Assembly (NCBI GenBank): GCA_950097015.1
Contig: CATNEN010000025.1
Location: 1,240,001-1,304,000 of the forward strand
Source of the DNA: Macrostomum hystrix
Lineage: Eukaryota; Animalia; Platyhelminthes
Direction: 5' to 3'
Length of the DNA: 64,000 nt
Each line of letters opens with the position of its first letter. The first letter of the stretch is position 1. Position numbers and translations under genes: made by a program. Positions 23,601-36,800 of the stretch are shown here, one piece after another. The notes below the pieces were generated by a model. That model had not been told where the DNA came from, searched no databases, and saw nothing but the letters and a program-made list of their open reading frames with translations.

Positions 23601-24610
23601 ATGCATTCAACCCGCTTATTGATATTTCCCTCAGCTCAAATTGACACAAACCGAATGCCCACCCATCGGCACTTGACGCGTCGCCATGACAACTGAACGC
23701 GACGTCTAACCCCCTCCCCCAGTTTCAGCTGCCATACCATCTCATTTCCTCTCCCACTCTCTCCCCCTCCTCGCTTTTGTCTCTCAAGCTCTTTCTCTCG
23801 TCCTTCTATTTGAGCGGAGCTCACACCCGCGCGTGCAACATCCTTGCACTTCATCCATCAGTTGCCCCTTCCGCCTCTTGGACGCATTGTTTGCCGCGGC
23901 TCTCAACGGATCTGTCCGCCTCACTGACTCCATTTTTGTCTCCGCAATTATATAGCTCTCTCAATCATTCTGCGCTGCCTCCGTTCCCCTCTTCCTCTTT
24001 AGTTTTCTTCATCCCTAGGGATTTAAGCACAGAAACACAGGAAAAGATAATTTAACAGCTGCTAAACGCTAGTGAAATGTGACACTCTTGTCGTAAAACG
24101 AGCATTTTCGACTTCAAGCGTCATGGTATAATCACTAGCCATCGCAATGACATTTTACTATCAAAGTCCTCAAGCATTCGATGCTAATGGGTGAGACAGT
24201 GCATGCTATTGCCTCCTATTTGAATGTTAACTTACGAATTTTCTAAATAGACAAATGTACACATTATCTACACGGCAAGGATTTATCAACTATGTCATTG
24301 AAATAATTTACGCGAATTAATTTGTTCGTGAATTCCTCTTAAGGATACAAGCTACACGCATTATAATCTATGCTATTCAGCTTTCACGAACTCGCATGCT
24401 TGCAAAAACTAAATGAAGGCCATATTATAAAAACTTTAGCACGCTTAGTCGTTCTCCAAAATAAATTTGTATAAATACTGGCAACAGTGTTGTAGAAAAT
24501 GCTATTGCTCTCTTTACTTTAGTGCTGGATCAGTGCTCTGTAGTACTGTTTCTTTAAAAATAGGAAAGGCTGTGGTAGCAGCTTTTGATGGCGGAAAAGA
24601 ACTGCTTGGC

Positions 24611-24838
24611 ATGCTTAGGCACTTTCTAATCCCTGGAATTCGTCCCAAACCGCCCAGCAACAGCGCGCGTCAGTTTCCCAGCCGCTACTCGGCCCTGCCA
24701 GACATTGGCGGATATGCAGAGCAGCAGCAGCAGCCGACGTCCGTCGGACCAGCGGTTCGCTACAATGACCTTGAATCAAGACTTGGAGCCGCAGAGGCGT
24801 CCAACAGATCCCTAGCCGATGAAATCGTGCGCCTTCAG
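24611..24838 (+). CDS. Coiled-coil gene exon 1 (start tentative)
   Basis: First in-frame ATG at 24611; donor CAG|GTGCGT. Confidence 0.65.
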
Positions 24839-27800
24839 GTGCGTTTGAGTATTTTTAACCTCATTGCATTCTGCAAGTAAGCGGTTTAGAATGTAGGAAT
24901 CTATTGTGTGGTCTCAACCAGAATGAGATGGAGTGGTGTTTAGTGTGATTCTGTGCAATGGACTACTCATTTAGTGATTGTTATCCACATATTTTCCTAC
25001 TTTACCTTTACTGTCTACCTGGGTATTCGGCTGAAAATGCTTTTTATCTACTCAACCAATTAAACCTCTAGTCGGAGCTGTTGTCGGTTGCCCGACGCGG
25101 CGATGAGGCACTGCGCGAGGAGCGTCGCGCCCGTCAGACCCTGGAGTCTGGCCTGCGCACCAGCGCCGAGCTGCTGGGCCAACTGCAGCGCCGGCTGCGC
25201 GATCAGGAGGTCCAGCTGCGCGAGGAGCGCGAGGCGCTGAATAGCCGGCTGGTGGCCCTGCCGGCACCTTCAACTGTGGCGGCGTCATCCACAGGTGTCG
25301 ATGAATCATCTAGCGCTGCGCGCGTGGCCGGCCTGGAACGCGACATCGAGGCGATGGGTCGGGCGCGCGGCCAGCTGGAGCGCATTGCATTCCAACTGGC
25401 CGACGAGTTGGGCGCTCTGAAGCGCCGGCTCGAGGAGCAGGGCGTTGATTTGACCAGCACTGTTGCAGATCTGCGAGCGAACACGCGCCGACTTGAAGAG
25501 GCCTGCGGCACCCGACTGGAGACTGTGCAACGTCGGCTGGAGCGGGCCGGAGATCCGGAGGCGCATGGGCGGCTGGTCAGAGACCAGGCGGAAACCAGCT
25601 TAGCTGGCATCCGAGATCAGCTGGCCGAGATGCGCACCAGGTGAGAAGGGCCATCATTCTGAATTAATTGGTTGTGTTTGAGATGTACAAACAGAACCGT
25701 CCAGATGTAAGACGTGCAGATGTAAAGACGTCCAGATGTAAGACGTCCAGATGTAAATTCGTCCAGATGTAAAGACGTCCAGATGTAAATTCGTCCAGAT
25801 GTAAAGACGTCCAGATGCCAGGATGGCAATACTCATTTATTTCTAGACGTGCTGTCCAAACGTCTAGACATCAACCCATCCAGATGTCTGGATGTCACGT
25901 CCAGATTGCTAATACGCTTAAATGCCAAGGCATCCAAAGGTCAAGACGTCTAGAGACAAAAAATTTTTATGTCAGGATTTTAAAACGGCTTCGAGGCTCG
26001 ATTGCAGGCATTTGCAGAGTCTCGATGTTGTTGACTGTTGTTATTGTAATTGTTGCTGGTCAGAACTGGATGCCCAGGCACTACCCTTTTAGCGAACAGT
26101 ACATAGCGAACTACCAGCCTGCAACAAGGCACATTCGGGCGTCATTTTCTCGCCGCGTTTGACGTCAAAAAACCCACAGCAAACCTAATAAGCAGGGAAG
26201 TGCTGCATGGCTCGGCTTGCTCAATTGTCTACGGGGTTCATCAGGTCCTCTGTGTCCTTGCACCCGACACCTGACACCCGACGGGGTCTGCCGGAAGTCG
26301 GGCTGTTGTTGACTGCTATGTGTCTAGAAGACTGTTCAACTGTAGGCTAGTTTGTTGCTGTCTCATTCACTCGTCAATTCATTGCTATGCAGAATTCTTA
26401 CATCCATCGTCAACCACAGGATTGAATCTGAGGCTGAGGAGCGTCGCGCTGTTGAGCAACGGGCCGCCGCGCGGCTCTCCCAGCTGCAAGCGGCGCTCGG
26501 CGAGGCAGCTCGTCGACTGGCCGAGACTCTAGCCGGCGCCGAGGCGCGCCGACGCGAGCGCGAACGTCAATGGGAGGCCGATAAAACGGCGCTGCTCGTC
26601 CGGCTGCGCGACGGCGTCGCCGAAGCCGCGCAGTCGGCGGCGGAAAGGGAGGCTCGACTGCGCGAGGAGACAGCCAGACTCGCCGCCGAGTCGGAGAAAT
26701 CTACGCTCAGTCAGCAGGAAAGTCGGCTAGGGCAGGTTGGTCATAAACAACTGAAGTTCGAATCCTTGTCTTTTGTGTTCTACCCGTTTTCACAAGGCAG
26801 CTTCGTTTAGTGTTTTTATGACCGCTTTTCAATCCAAAGATTTCCTGACAAGATTTGCACAAGTATACTTTTTGTAAGAACTGCTACGCATCAACTTCAG
26901 GAGCGCTCCGCTCGCCAAGAAATGGACAGGCGCTGGGAGGCCTCGCGTCAGGAGGTTGCCGAGCGCCTCTCCGAACTCCGCACTGTTGGCAAAGCCGACC
27001 GGGCGGCTGCCAGCGAGTCGCTGCGTCGCTTGGAGGAGGCACTGGCTGGATTGGACCGCAAACTGGCCGACGGCCGTCGGGATCAGGTGTGTTACCATCA
27101 TCAATGCTCAATGCTAAGCAATGAACACTCCACAACCGTTTCTACCCTCTGCTCCGTTACATCCCAGCTTCCCTCTCTTTCTATTAAAATATATTCCTAG
27201 CTTTCCTCGGATCCCAGATTCTCTCTGATCCGAGATTCCTTCAGATCCCAGATTCCCTCTGATCCCAGATTCCCTCTGATCCCAGATTCCCTCTGATCCC
27301 AGATTCCCTCTGATCCCAGATTCCCTCTGATCCCAGATTCCCTCTGATCCTAGATTCCCTCTGATCCCAGATTCCCTCTGATCCCAGATTCCCTCTGATC
27401 CCAGATTCCCTCTGATCCCAGATTCCCTCTGATCCCAGATTCCCTCTGATCCCAGATTCCTTCAGATCCCAGATTCCCTCTGATCTGACATTCCCTTTGA
27501 TCTAAGATTCCCTCTGATCTGAGATTCCCTCTGATCTGAGATTCCCTCTGATCTGAGATTCCCTCTGATCTGAGATTCCCTCTGATCCCAGATTCAAGCT
27601 TCTGTCCGTTCCCAGCTGTGCTCATAAAACCTACTGCAATTGGCAGAGTCGCGCCCTAGCCGAAGAGGTATCGGCTCGTCAGGCCAAGGCGGCCGCGACC
27701 AGTCGCCAGCTGGCCAATCTCGAAGAGAAAATTGCGGCCGCCACGTCGGCACTTCAACAGGCGGTCGCCGGGGTGTCCGCGCAGGCTCGAGAATCGACTG

Positions 27801-30800
27801 AATTGGTGAGACACAGATTTTATGTGATTTGGTTAGCTGGCTTCGTGTCTTTTATCAGACTTGTGCAATTCCTTAAGAAACCATGTTTTAAACGAAACAT
27901 GCTGTGTTTTTTTTCCTAATCACTGCAGGGCAAGCGCCGCAGCCAGCAGATGCTGGACGAGCTTCGCCGAGAGAATGAGCGACGCCTAGTTGATACGGAC
28001 ACGCAAATTGGCAGCCTGCGGCAAAGACTTACTGAGCTGAATGATCGAATCGAGGCCAAGCTCTCGGCTGTGAGTTTGTTATGTTTGTTTTCGTTGGTTT
28101 ATGTTCGAAAATGAATTTTAGTTAAAAAAAACTAATGCAAACTGTTGGTTTGGTCTTCGCTTTAGCGAGCGGAGTGAGGTTGGTGCTGTCTTGAAAAGGC
28201 TGGGGCTGGTTTGTGCCGAGCCTAAGCGGAGTGAGGCTGGTGCTGGCTTGAAAAGGCTGGGGCTGGTTTGTGCCGAGCCTAAACGGAGTGAGGCTGGTGC
28301 TGGCTTGAAAAGGCTGGGGCTGGTTTGTGCCGAGCCTAAGCAGAGTGAGGTTGGTGCTGTCTTGAAAAGGCTGGGGCTGGTTTGTGCCGAGCCTAAGCGG
28401 AGTGAGGTTGTTGCTGGCTTGAAAAGGCTGGGGCTGGTTTGTGCCGAGCCTAAGCGGAGTGAGGTTGTTGCTGGCTTAAGAAGGCTGGGGCTGGTTTGTG
28501 CCGAGCCTAAGCGGAGTGAGGTTGGTGCTGGCTTGAAAAGGCTGGGGCTGGTTTGTGCCGAGCCTAAGCGGAGTAAAGTTGGTGCTGGCTTGAAAAGGCT
28601 GGGGCTGGTTTGTGCCGAGCCTAAGCGGAGTGAGGTTGTTGCTGGCTTGAAAAGGCTGGGGCTGGTTTGTGCCGAGCCTAAGCGGAGTGAGGTTGTTGCT
28701 GGCTTAAAAAGGCTGGGGCTGGTTTGTGCCGAGCCTAAGCGGAGTGAGGTTGGTGCTGGCTTGAAAAGGCTGGGGCTGGTTTGTGCCGAGCCTAAGCGGA
28801 GTAAAGTTGGTGCTGGCTTGAAAAGGCTGGGGCTGGTTTGTGCCGAGCCTAAGCGGAGTGAGGTTGGTGCTGGCTTGAAAAGGCTGGGGCTGGTTTGTGC
28901 CGAGCCTAAGCGGAGTGAGGTTGGTGCTGGCTTGAAAAGGCTGGGGCTGGTTTGTGCCGAGCCTAAGCGGAGTGAGGTTGGTGCTGGCTTGAAAAGGCTG
29001 GGGCTGGTTTGTGCCGAGCCTAAGCGGAGTGAGGTTGGTGCTGGCTTGAAAGGGCTGGGTTGGCTTGTGTTGCGCCTAAGCGGAGTGAGGTTGGTGCTGG
29101 CTTAAGAAGGCTGGGGCTGGTTTGTGCCGGGCCTAAGCGGAGTGAGGTTGGTGCTGGCTTGATGAAGGCTCGGTATCGTGGATCAGCGGATTTAGCGCAC
29201 GAATTCAATTCACTGATGTCGTGCATTTTTATTCCAGGCAAATCTCGAAGAAGAGGTATTTACAATGTACCCTTTTTTAGAAAACTTGACGTGTTTTTTG
29301 TTTTTTATTCCTAAAAACCCGACTTAGAACGAAAATTATTTAGCTAGTCGTGTTGATGTGTAAATCTGTATCGTACTGATTTTTCATCTGCAAACAGACT
29401 CTGATTTCTCCCTAATTTCAGCCTTCATTTTCAATCTGCAAATTTTTTGTCCCAGATTGGGATCCTATTATGAGTTTTAAAAAGATCTGAGAGAAATATA
29501 TCTTTGTACTTACAAAAAAGGATAATTGTGGAGCAACATAAAAAGTCTTACTTATACCTGAACTTAATTAGAAAACAACCTATTGGACATCTGTCCATTT
29601 TCGCACTGTTTTTCTCTTCCTCGGCTCTTCTTTTGATCAGATCAGTTTAAAAAACGAGGTCACACTTGTGATCAAACTTGTTTTGTACATAGTAAAGTAA
29701 GAAAAACAGGTATCTTTCAGGCATCCCACTCAACCCTAGAACAGGCATCCCAGTCAACCCTAGAACAGGCATCCCACTCTACCCTAGAACAGGCATCCCA
29801 CTCTACCCTAGAACAGGCATCCCACTCTACCCTAGAACAGGCATCCCACTCTACTCTAGAACAGGCATCCCACTCTACCCTAGAACAGGCATCCCACTCT
29901 ACTCTAGAACAGGCATCCCATTCTACCCTAGAACAGGCATCCCAGTCTACCCTAGAACAGGCATCCCTCTCTACCATAGATCAGGCATCCCTCTCTACCA
30001 TAGATCAGGCATCCCTCTCTACCCTAGAACAGACATCCGACTCGACCCTAGAACAGGCATCCCAGTCTACCCTAGAACAGGCATCCCACTCTACCCTAGA
30101 ACAGGCATCCCAGTCTACCCTAGAACAGGCATCCCACTCTACCCTAGAACAGGCATCCCACTCTACCCTAGAAGAGGCATCCCACTCTACCCTAGAACAG
30201 GCATCCCACTCTACCCTAGAACAGGCATCCCACTCTACCCTAGAACAGGCATCCCAGTCCACCCTAGAACAGGCATCTTCAGAACAGCCCTTGCACCCAC
30301 AGGCTGCCACCTCGATGTCGGCGACTCTGCGTGAGACCGTGGACGAAATCACAGCCTGGCAGGCGCAGGCCAGCGCCCAGCTGTCCGAGCTGCGGCTTGA
30401 GCAGAAGACGCTGGACGAGGAGGTGAGAGTTTTTAGGGTCCTAAACTGAGCTACTCTGGTTTCTGCAGTCTATTTTATTTTTACTACTTTCAGTTGCGCA
30501 GTTAGAAAGGAATTTCATTTTTCTTTCTTTTCTGCAGTCCAAGGCAACATCTGGTCGTCTAGACGACGCTACCGAAGTCGGGCGTCAAGGCATCGGCGCA
30601 GAGGTGTTCGGCCGAGTGGCTGACATAGATCGCCTGCGCCAGGAGCTGGGGGAGCTGCAGGACAAACTGCCCAAAGAGGAGACGGTCGGCAAGAGAGAAA
30701 TGGAGGAGGTTGGTGGCTATTTTTAGGAAATTGGACAATTGCCTTTGAGGAGTTTAGTAAAGAGGAGTTGAGAAAATGATAATGAGACAGAGAGATTATA

Positions 30801-33800
30801 ATCATGAGACAGAGAGAGATTATAATCATGAGACAGAGAGATTATAATCATGAGACAGAGAGAGATTATAATCATGAGACAGAGAGATTATAATCATGAG
30901 ACATAGAGATTATAATCATGAGACATAGAGATTATAATCATGAGACAGAGAGATTATAATCATGAGACAGAGAGATTATAATCATGAGACAGAGAGAGAT
31001 TATAATCATGAGACAGAGAGATTATAATCATGAGACAGAGAGAGATTATAATCATGAGACAGAGAGATTATAATCATGAGACAGAGAGAGATTATAATCA
31101 TGAGACAGAGAGATTATAATCATGAGACAGAGAGATTATAATCATGAGACAGAGAGAGATTATAATCATGAGACAGAGAGAGATTATAATCATGAGACAG
31201 AGAGATTATAATCATGAGACAGAGAGATTATAATCATGAGACAGAGAGATTATAATCATGAGACATAGAGATTATAATCATGAGACAGAGAGAGATTATA
31301 ATCATGAGACAGAGAGATTATAATCATGAGACAGAGAGATTATAATCATGAGACAGAGAGATTATAATCATGAGACAGAGAGAGATTATAATCATGAGAC
31401 AGAGAGAGATTATAATCATGAGACAGAGAGATTATAATCATGAGACAGAGAGAGATTATAATCATGAGACAGAGAGAGATTATAATCATGAGACAGAGAG
31501 ATTATAATCATGAGACAGAGAGATTATAATCATGAGACAGAGAGAGATTATAATCATGAGACAGAGAGAGATTATAATCATGAGACAGAGAGAGATTATA
31601 ATCATGAGACAGAGAGATTATAATCATGAGACAGAGAGAGATTATAATCATGAGACAGAGAGAGATTATAATCATGAGACAGAGAGATTATAATCATGAG
31701 ACAGAGAGAGATTATAATCATGAGACAGAGAGAGATTATAATCATGAGACAGAGAGATTATAATCATGAGACAGAGAGATTATAATCATGAGACAGAGAG
31801 AGATTATAATCATGAGACAGAGAGAGATTATAATCATGAGACAGAGAGATTATAATCATGAGACAGAGAGAGATTATAATCATGAGACAGAGAGAGATTA
31901 TAATCATGAGACAGAGAGATTATAATCATGAGACAGAGAGAGATTATAATCATGAGACAGAGAGAGATTATAATCATGAGACAGAGAGATTATAATCATG
32001 AGACAGAGAGAGATTATAATCATGAGACAGAGAGAGATTATAATCATGAGACATAGAGATTATAATCATGAGACATAGAGATTATAATCATGAGACAGAG
32101 AGAGATTATAATCATGAGACAGAGAGAGATTATAATCATGAGACAGAGAGATTATAATCATGAGACAGAGAGATATTATAATCATGAGACAGAGAGAGAT
32201 TATAATCATGAGACAGAGAGATTATAATCATGAGACAGAGAGAGATTATAATCATGAGACAGAGAGAGATTATAATCATGAGACAGAGAGATTATAATCA
32301 TGAGACAGAGAGATTATAATCATGAGACAGAGAGAGATTATAATCATGAGACAGAGAGAGATTATAATCATGAGACAGAGAGATTATAATCATGAGACAG
32401 AGAGAGATTATAATCATGAGACAGAGAGAGATTATAATCATGAGACAGAGAGAGATTATAATCATGAGACAGAGAGAGATTATAATCATGAGACAGAGAG
32501 AGATTATAATCATGAGACAGAGAGATTATAATCATGAGACAGAGAGAGATTATAATCATGAGACAGAGAGAGATTATAATCATGAGACAGAGAGATTATA
32601 ATCATGAGACATAGAGATTATAATCATGAGACAGAGAGAGATTATAATCATGAGACAGAGAGATTATAATCATGAGACAGAGAGAGATTATAATCATGAG
32701 ACAGAGAGAGATTATAATCATGAGACAGAGAGATTATAATCATGAGACAGAGAGATTATAATCATGAGACAGAGAGAGATTATAATCATGAGACAGAGAG
32801 AGATTATAATCATGAGACAGAGAGATTATAATCATGAGACATAGAGATTATAATCATGAGACAGAGAGAGATTATAATCATGAGACAGAGAGAGATTATA
32901 ATCATGAGACAGAGAGATTATAATCATGAGACATAGAGATTATAATCATGAGACAGAGAGAGATTATAATCATGAGACAGAGAGAGATTATAATCATGAG
33001 ACAGAGAGAGATTATAATCATGAGACAGAGAGATTATAATCATGAGACAGAGAGAGATTATAATCATGAGACAGAGAGAGATTATAATCATGAGACAGAG
33101 AGATTATAATCATGAGACAGAGAGAGATTATAATCATGAGACAGAGAGAGATTATAATCATGAGACAGAGAGATTATAATCATGAGACAGAGAGAGATTA
33201 TAATCATGAGACAGAGAGAGATTATAATCATGAGACAGAGAGATTATAATCATGAGACAGAGAGAGATTATAATCATGAGACAGAGAGAGATTATAATCA
33301 TGAGACAGAGAGATTATAATCATGAGACATAGAGATTATAATCATGAGACAGAGAGAGATTATAATCATGAGACAGAGAGAGATTATAATCATGAGACAG
33401 AGAGAGATTATAATCATGAGACAGAGAGATTATAATCATGAGACAGAGAGAGATTATAATCATGAGACAGAGAGATTATAATCATGAGACATAGAGATTA
33501 TAATCATGAGACAGAGAGAGATTATAATCATGAGACAGAGAGAGATTATAATCATGAGACAGAGAGATTATAATCATGAGACATAGAGATTATAATCATG
33601 AGACAGAGAGAGATTATAATCATGAGACAGAGAGAGATTATAATCATGAGACAGAGAGATTATAATCATGAGACAGAGAGAGATTATAATCATGAGACAG
33701 AGAGAGATTATAATCATGAGACAGAGAGAGATTATATCATGAGACAGAGAGAGATTATAATCATGAGACAGAGAGAGATTATAATCATGAGACAGAGAGA

Positions 33801-36800
33801 GATTATAATCATGAGACAGAGAGAGATTATAATCATGAGACAGAGAGAGATTATAATCATGAGACAGAGAGAGATTATATCATGAGACAGAGAGATTATA
33901 ATCATGAGACAGAGAGAGATTATAATCATGAGACAGAGAGAGATTATAATCATGAGACAGAGAGATTATAATCATGAGACAGAGAGAGATTATAATCATG
34001 AGACAGAGAGAGATTATAATCATGAGACAGAGAGAGATTATAATCATGAGACAGAGAGAGATTATAATCATGAGACAGAGAGATTATAATCATGAGACAG
34101 AGAGAGATTATAATCATGAGACAGAGAGATTATAATCATGAGACATAGAAATTATAATCATGAGACAGAGAGAGATTATAATCATGAGACAGAGAGAGAT
34201 TATAATCATGAGACAGAGAGATTATAATCATGAGACATAGAGATTATAATCATGAGACAGAGAGAGATTATAATCATGAGACAGAGAGAGATTATAATCA
34301 TGAGACAGAGAGATTATAATCATGAGACAGAGAGAGATTATAATCATGAGACAGAGAGAGATTATAATCATGAGACAGAGAGAGATTATATCATGAGACA
34401 GAGAGAGATTATAATCATGAGACAGAGAGAGATTATAATCATGAGACAGAGAGAGATTATAATCATGAGACAGAGAGAGATTATAATCATGAGACAGAGA
34501 GAGATTATAGTCATGAGACAGAGAGAGATTATATCATGAGACAGAGAGATTATAATCATGAGACAGAGAGAGATTATAATCATGAGACAGAGAGAGATTA
34601 TAATCATGAGACAGAGAGATTATAATCATGAGACAGAGAGAGATTATAATCATGAGACAGAGAGAGATTATAATCATGAGACAGAGAGAGATTATAATCA
34701 TGAGACAGAGAGAGATTATAATCATGAGACAGAGAGATTATAATCATGAGACAGAGAGAGATTATAATCATGAGACAGAGAGAGATTATAATCATGAGAC
34801 AGAGAGATTATAATCATGAGACAGAGAGATTATAATCATGAGACAGAGAGAGATTATAATCATGAGACAGAGAGAGATTATAATCATGAGACAGAGAGAG
34901 ATTATATCATGAGACAGAGAGAGATTATAATCATGAGACAGAGAGAGATTATATCATGAGACAGAGAGATTATAATCATGAGACAGAGAGAGATTATAAT
35001 CATGAGACAGAGAGAGATTATAATCATGAGACAGAGAGATTATATCATGAGACAGAGAGATTATAATCATGAGACAGAGAGAGATTATATCATGAGACAG
35101 AGAGAGATTATAATCATGAGACAGAGAGAGATTATAATCATGAGACAGAGAGAGATTATAATCATGAGACAGAGAGAGATTATAATCATGAGACAGAGAG
35201 AGATTATAATCATGAGACAGAGAGAGATTATATCATGAGACAGAGAGATTATAATCATGAGACAGAGAGAGATTATAATCATGAGACAGAGAGAGATTAT
35301 AATCATGAGACAGAGAGAGATTATAATCATGAGACAGAGAGAGATTATAATCATGAGACAGAGAGAGATTATAATCATGAGACAGAGAGAGATTATAATC
35401 ATGAGACAGAGAGATTATAATCATGAGACAGAGAGAGATTATAATCATGAGACAGAGAGAGATTATAATCATGAGACAGAGAGATTATAATCATGAGACA
35501 GAGAGAGATTATAATCATGAGACAGAGAGAGATTATAATCATGAGACAGAGAGATTATAATCATGAGACAGAGAGATTATAATCATGAGACAGAGAGAGA
35601 TTATAATCATGAGACAGAGAGATTATAATCATGAGACAGAGAGATTATAATCATGAGACAGAGAGATTATAATCATGAGACAGAGAGAGATTATAATCAT
35701 GAGACAGAGAGAGATTATAATCATGAGACAGAGAGATTATAATCATGAGACAGAGAGAGATTATAATCATGAGACAGAGAGAGATTATAATCATGAGACA
35801 GAGAGATTATAATCATGAGACAGAGAGATTATAATCATGAGACAGAGAGAGATTATAATCATGAGACAGAGAGATTATAATCATGAGACATAGAGATTAT
35901 AATCATGAGACAGAGAGATTATAATCATGAGACAGAGAGAGATTATAATCATGAGACAGAGAGATTATAATCATGAGACAGAGAGATTATAATCATGAGA
36001 CAGAGAGAGATTATAATCATGAGACAGAGAGAGATTATAATCATGAGACATGATAGTTGACAATCTCCAACAAAACTTTCTGCGCAGTGCCAAGCCTCGA
36101 TACGCCGCTTAGCTGAGATATCCCAGACGGTGAAGTCAGTGCTCAACTCGAAGCTGCAGGCTGAGCAGCAGCAGCGCGGCGCCGATGTGCGGCAGGCTCG
36201 CGAGGAGCTCGAGCGACTGCGGGCTCTGGTGGAACCGCTGGCCGAGCTGGCCTTTGAGCCGGCGCTGTTTGTCAAGCCGGAGGACTGGCGATACGGCACC
36301 GACGCCAAGGCAGCCGCTGAGGCGAAGGCCGAGGACGTCAACAAGTGGTCGCTGCACGGGGCGGTCAAGTGAGTTCAGGGCAAAACCCTTGACGTGCCGA
36401 TCCAGGGTAGACTGGGATGCCTGATCTATGGTAGAGAGGGATGCCTGTTCTATGGTAGAGAGGGATGCCTGTTCTAGGGTAGACTGGGATGCCTGTTCTA
36501 GGGTAGAATGGGATGCCTGTTCTAGGGTAGAGTCGAATGCCTGTTCTAGGGTAGACTGGGATGCCTGTTCTTGGGTAGAGTCGGATGCCTGTTCTAGGGT
36601 AGAGTCGGATGCCTGTTCTAGGGTAGACTGGGATGCCTGTTCTAGGGTAGAGTGGGATGCCTGTTCTAGGGTAGAGTGGGATGCCTGTTCTAGGGTAGAG
36701 TGGGATGCCTGTTCTAGGGTAGAGTGGGATGCCTGTTCTAGGGTAGAGTGGGATGTCTGTTCTATGGTAGACTGGGATGCCTGTTCTAGGGTAGAGTGGG

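Noticed and set aside
28191-29105. 304-aa KRLGLVCAEPKRSEVGAGL repeat ORF
   Set aside because: A 57-bp intronic minisatellite, TTG start, lying inside an intron of the coiled-coil gene.
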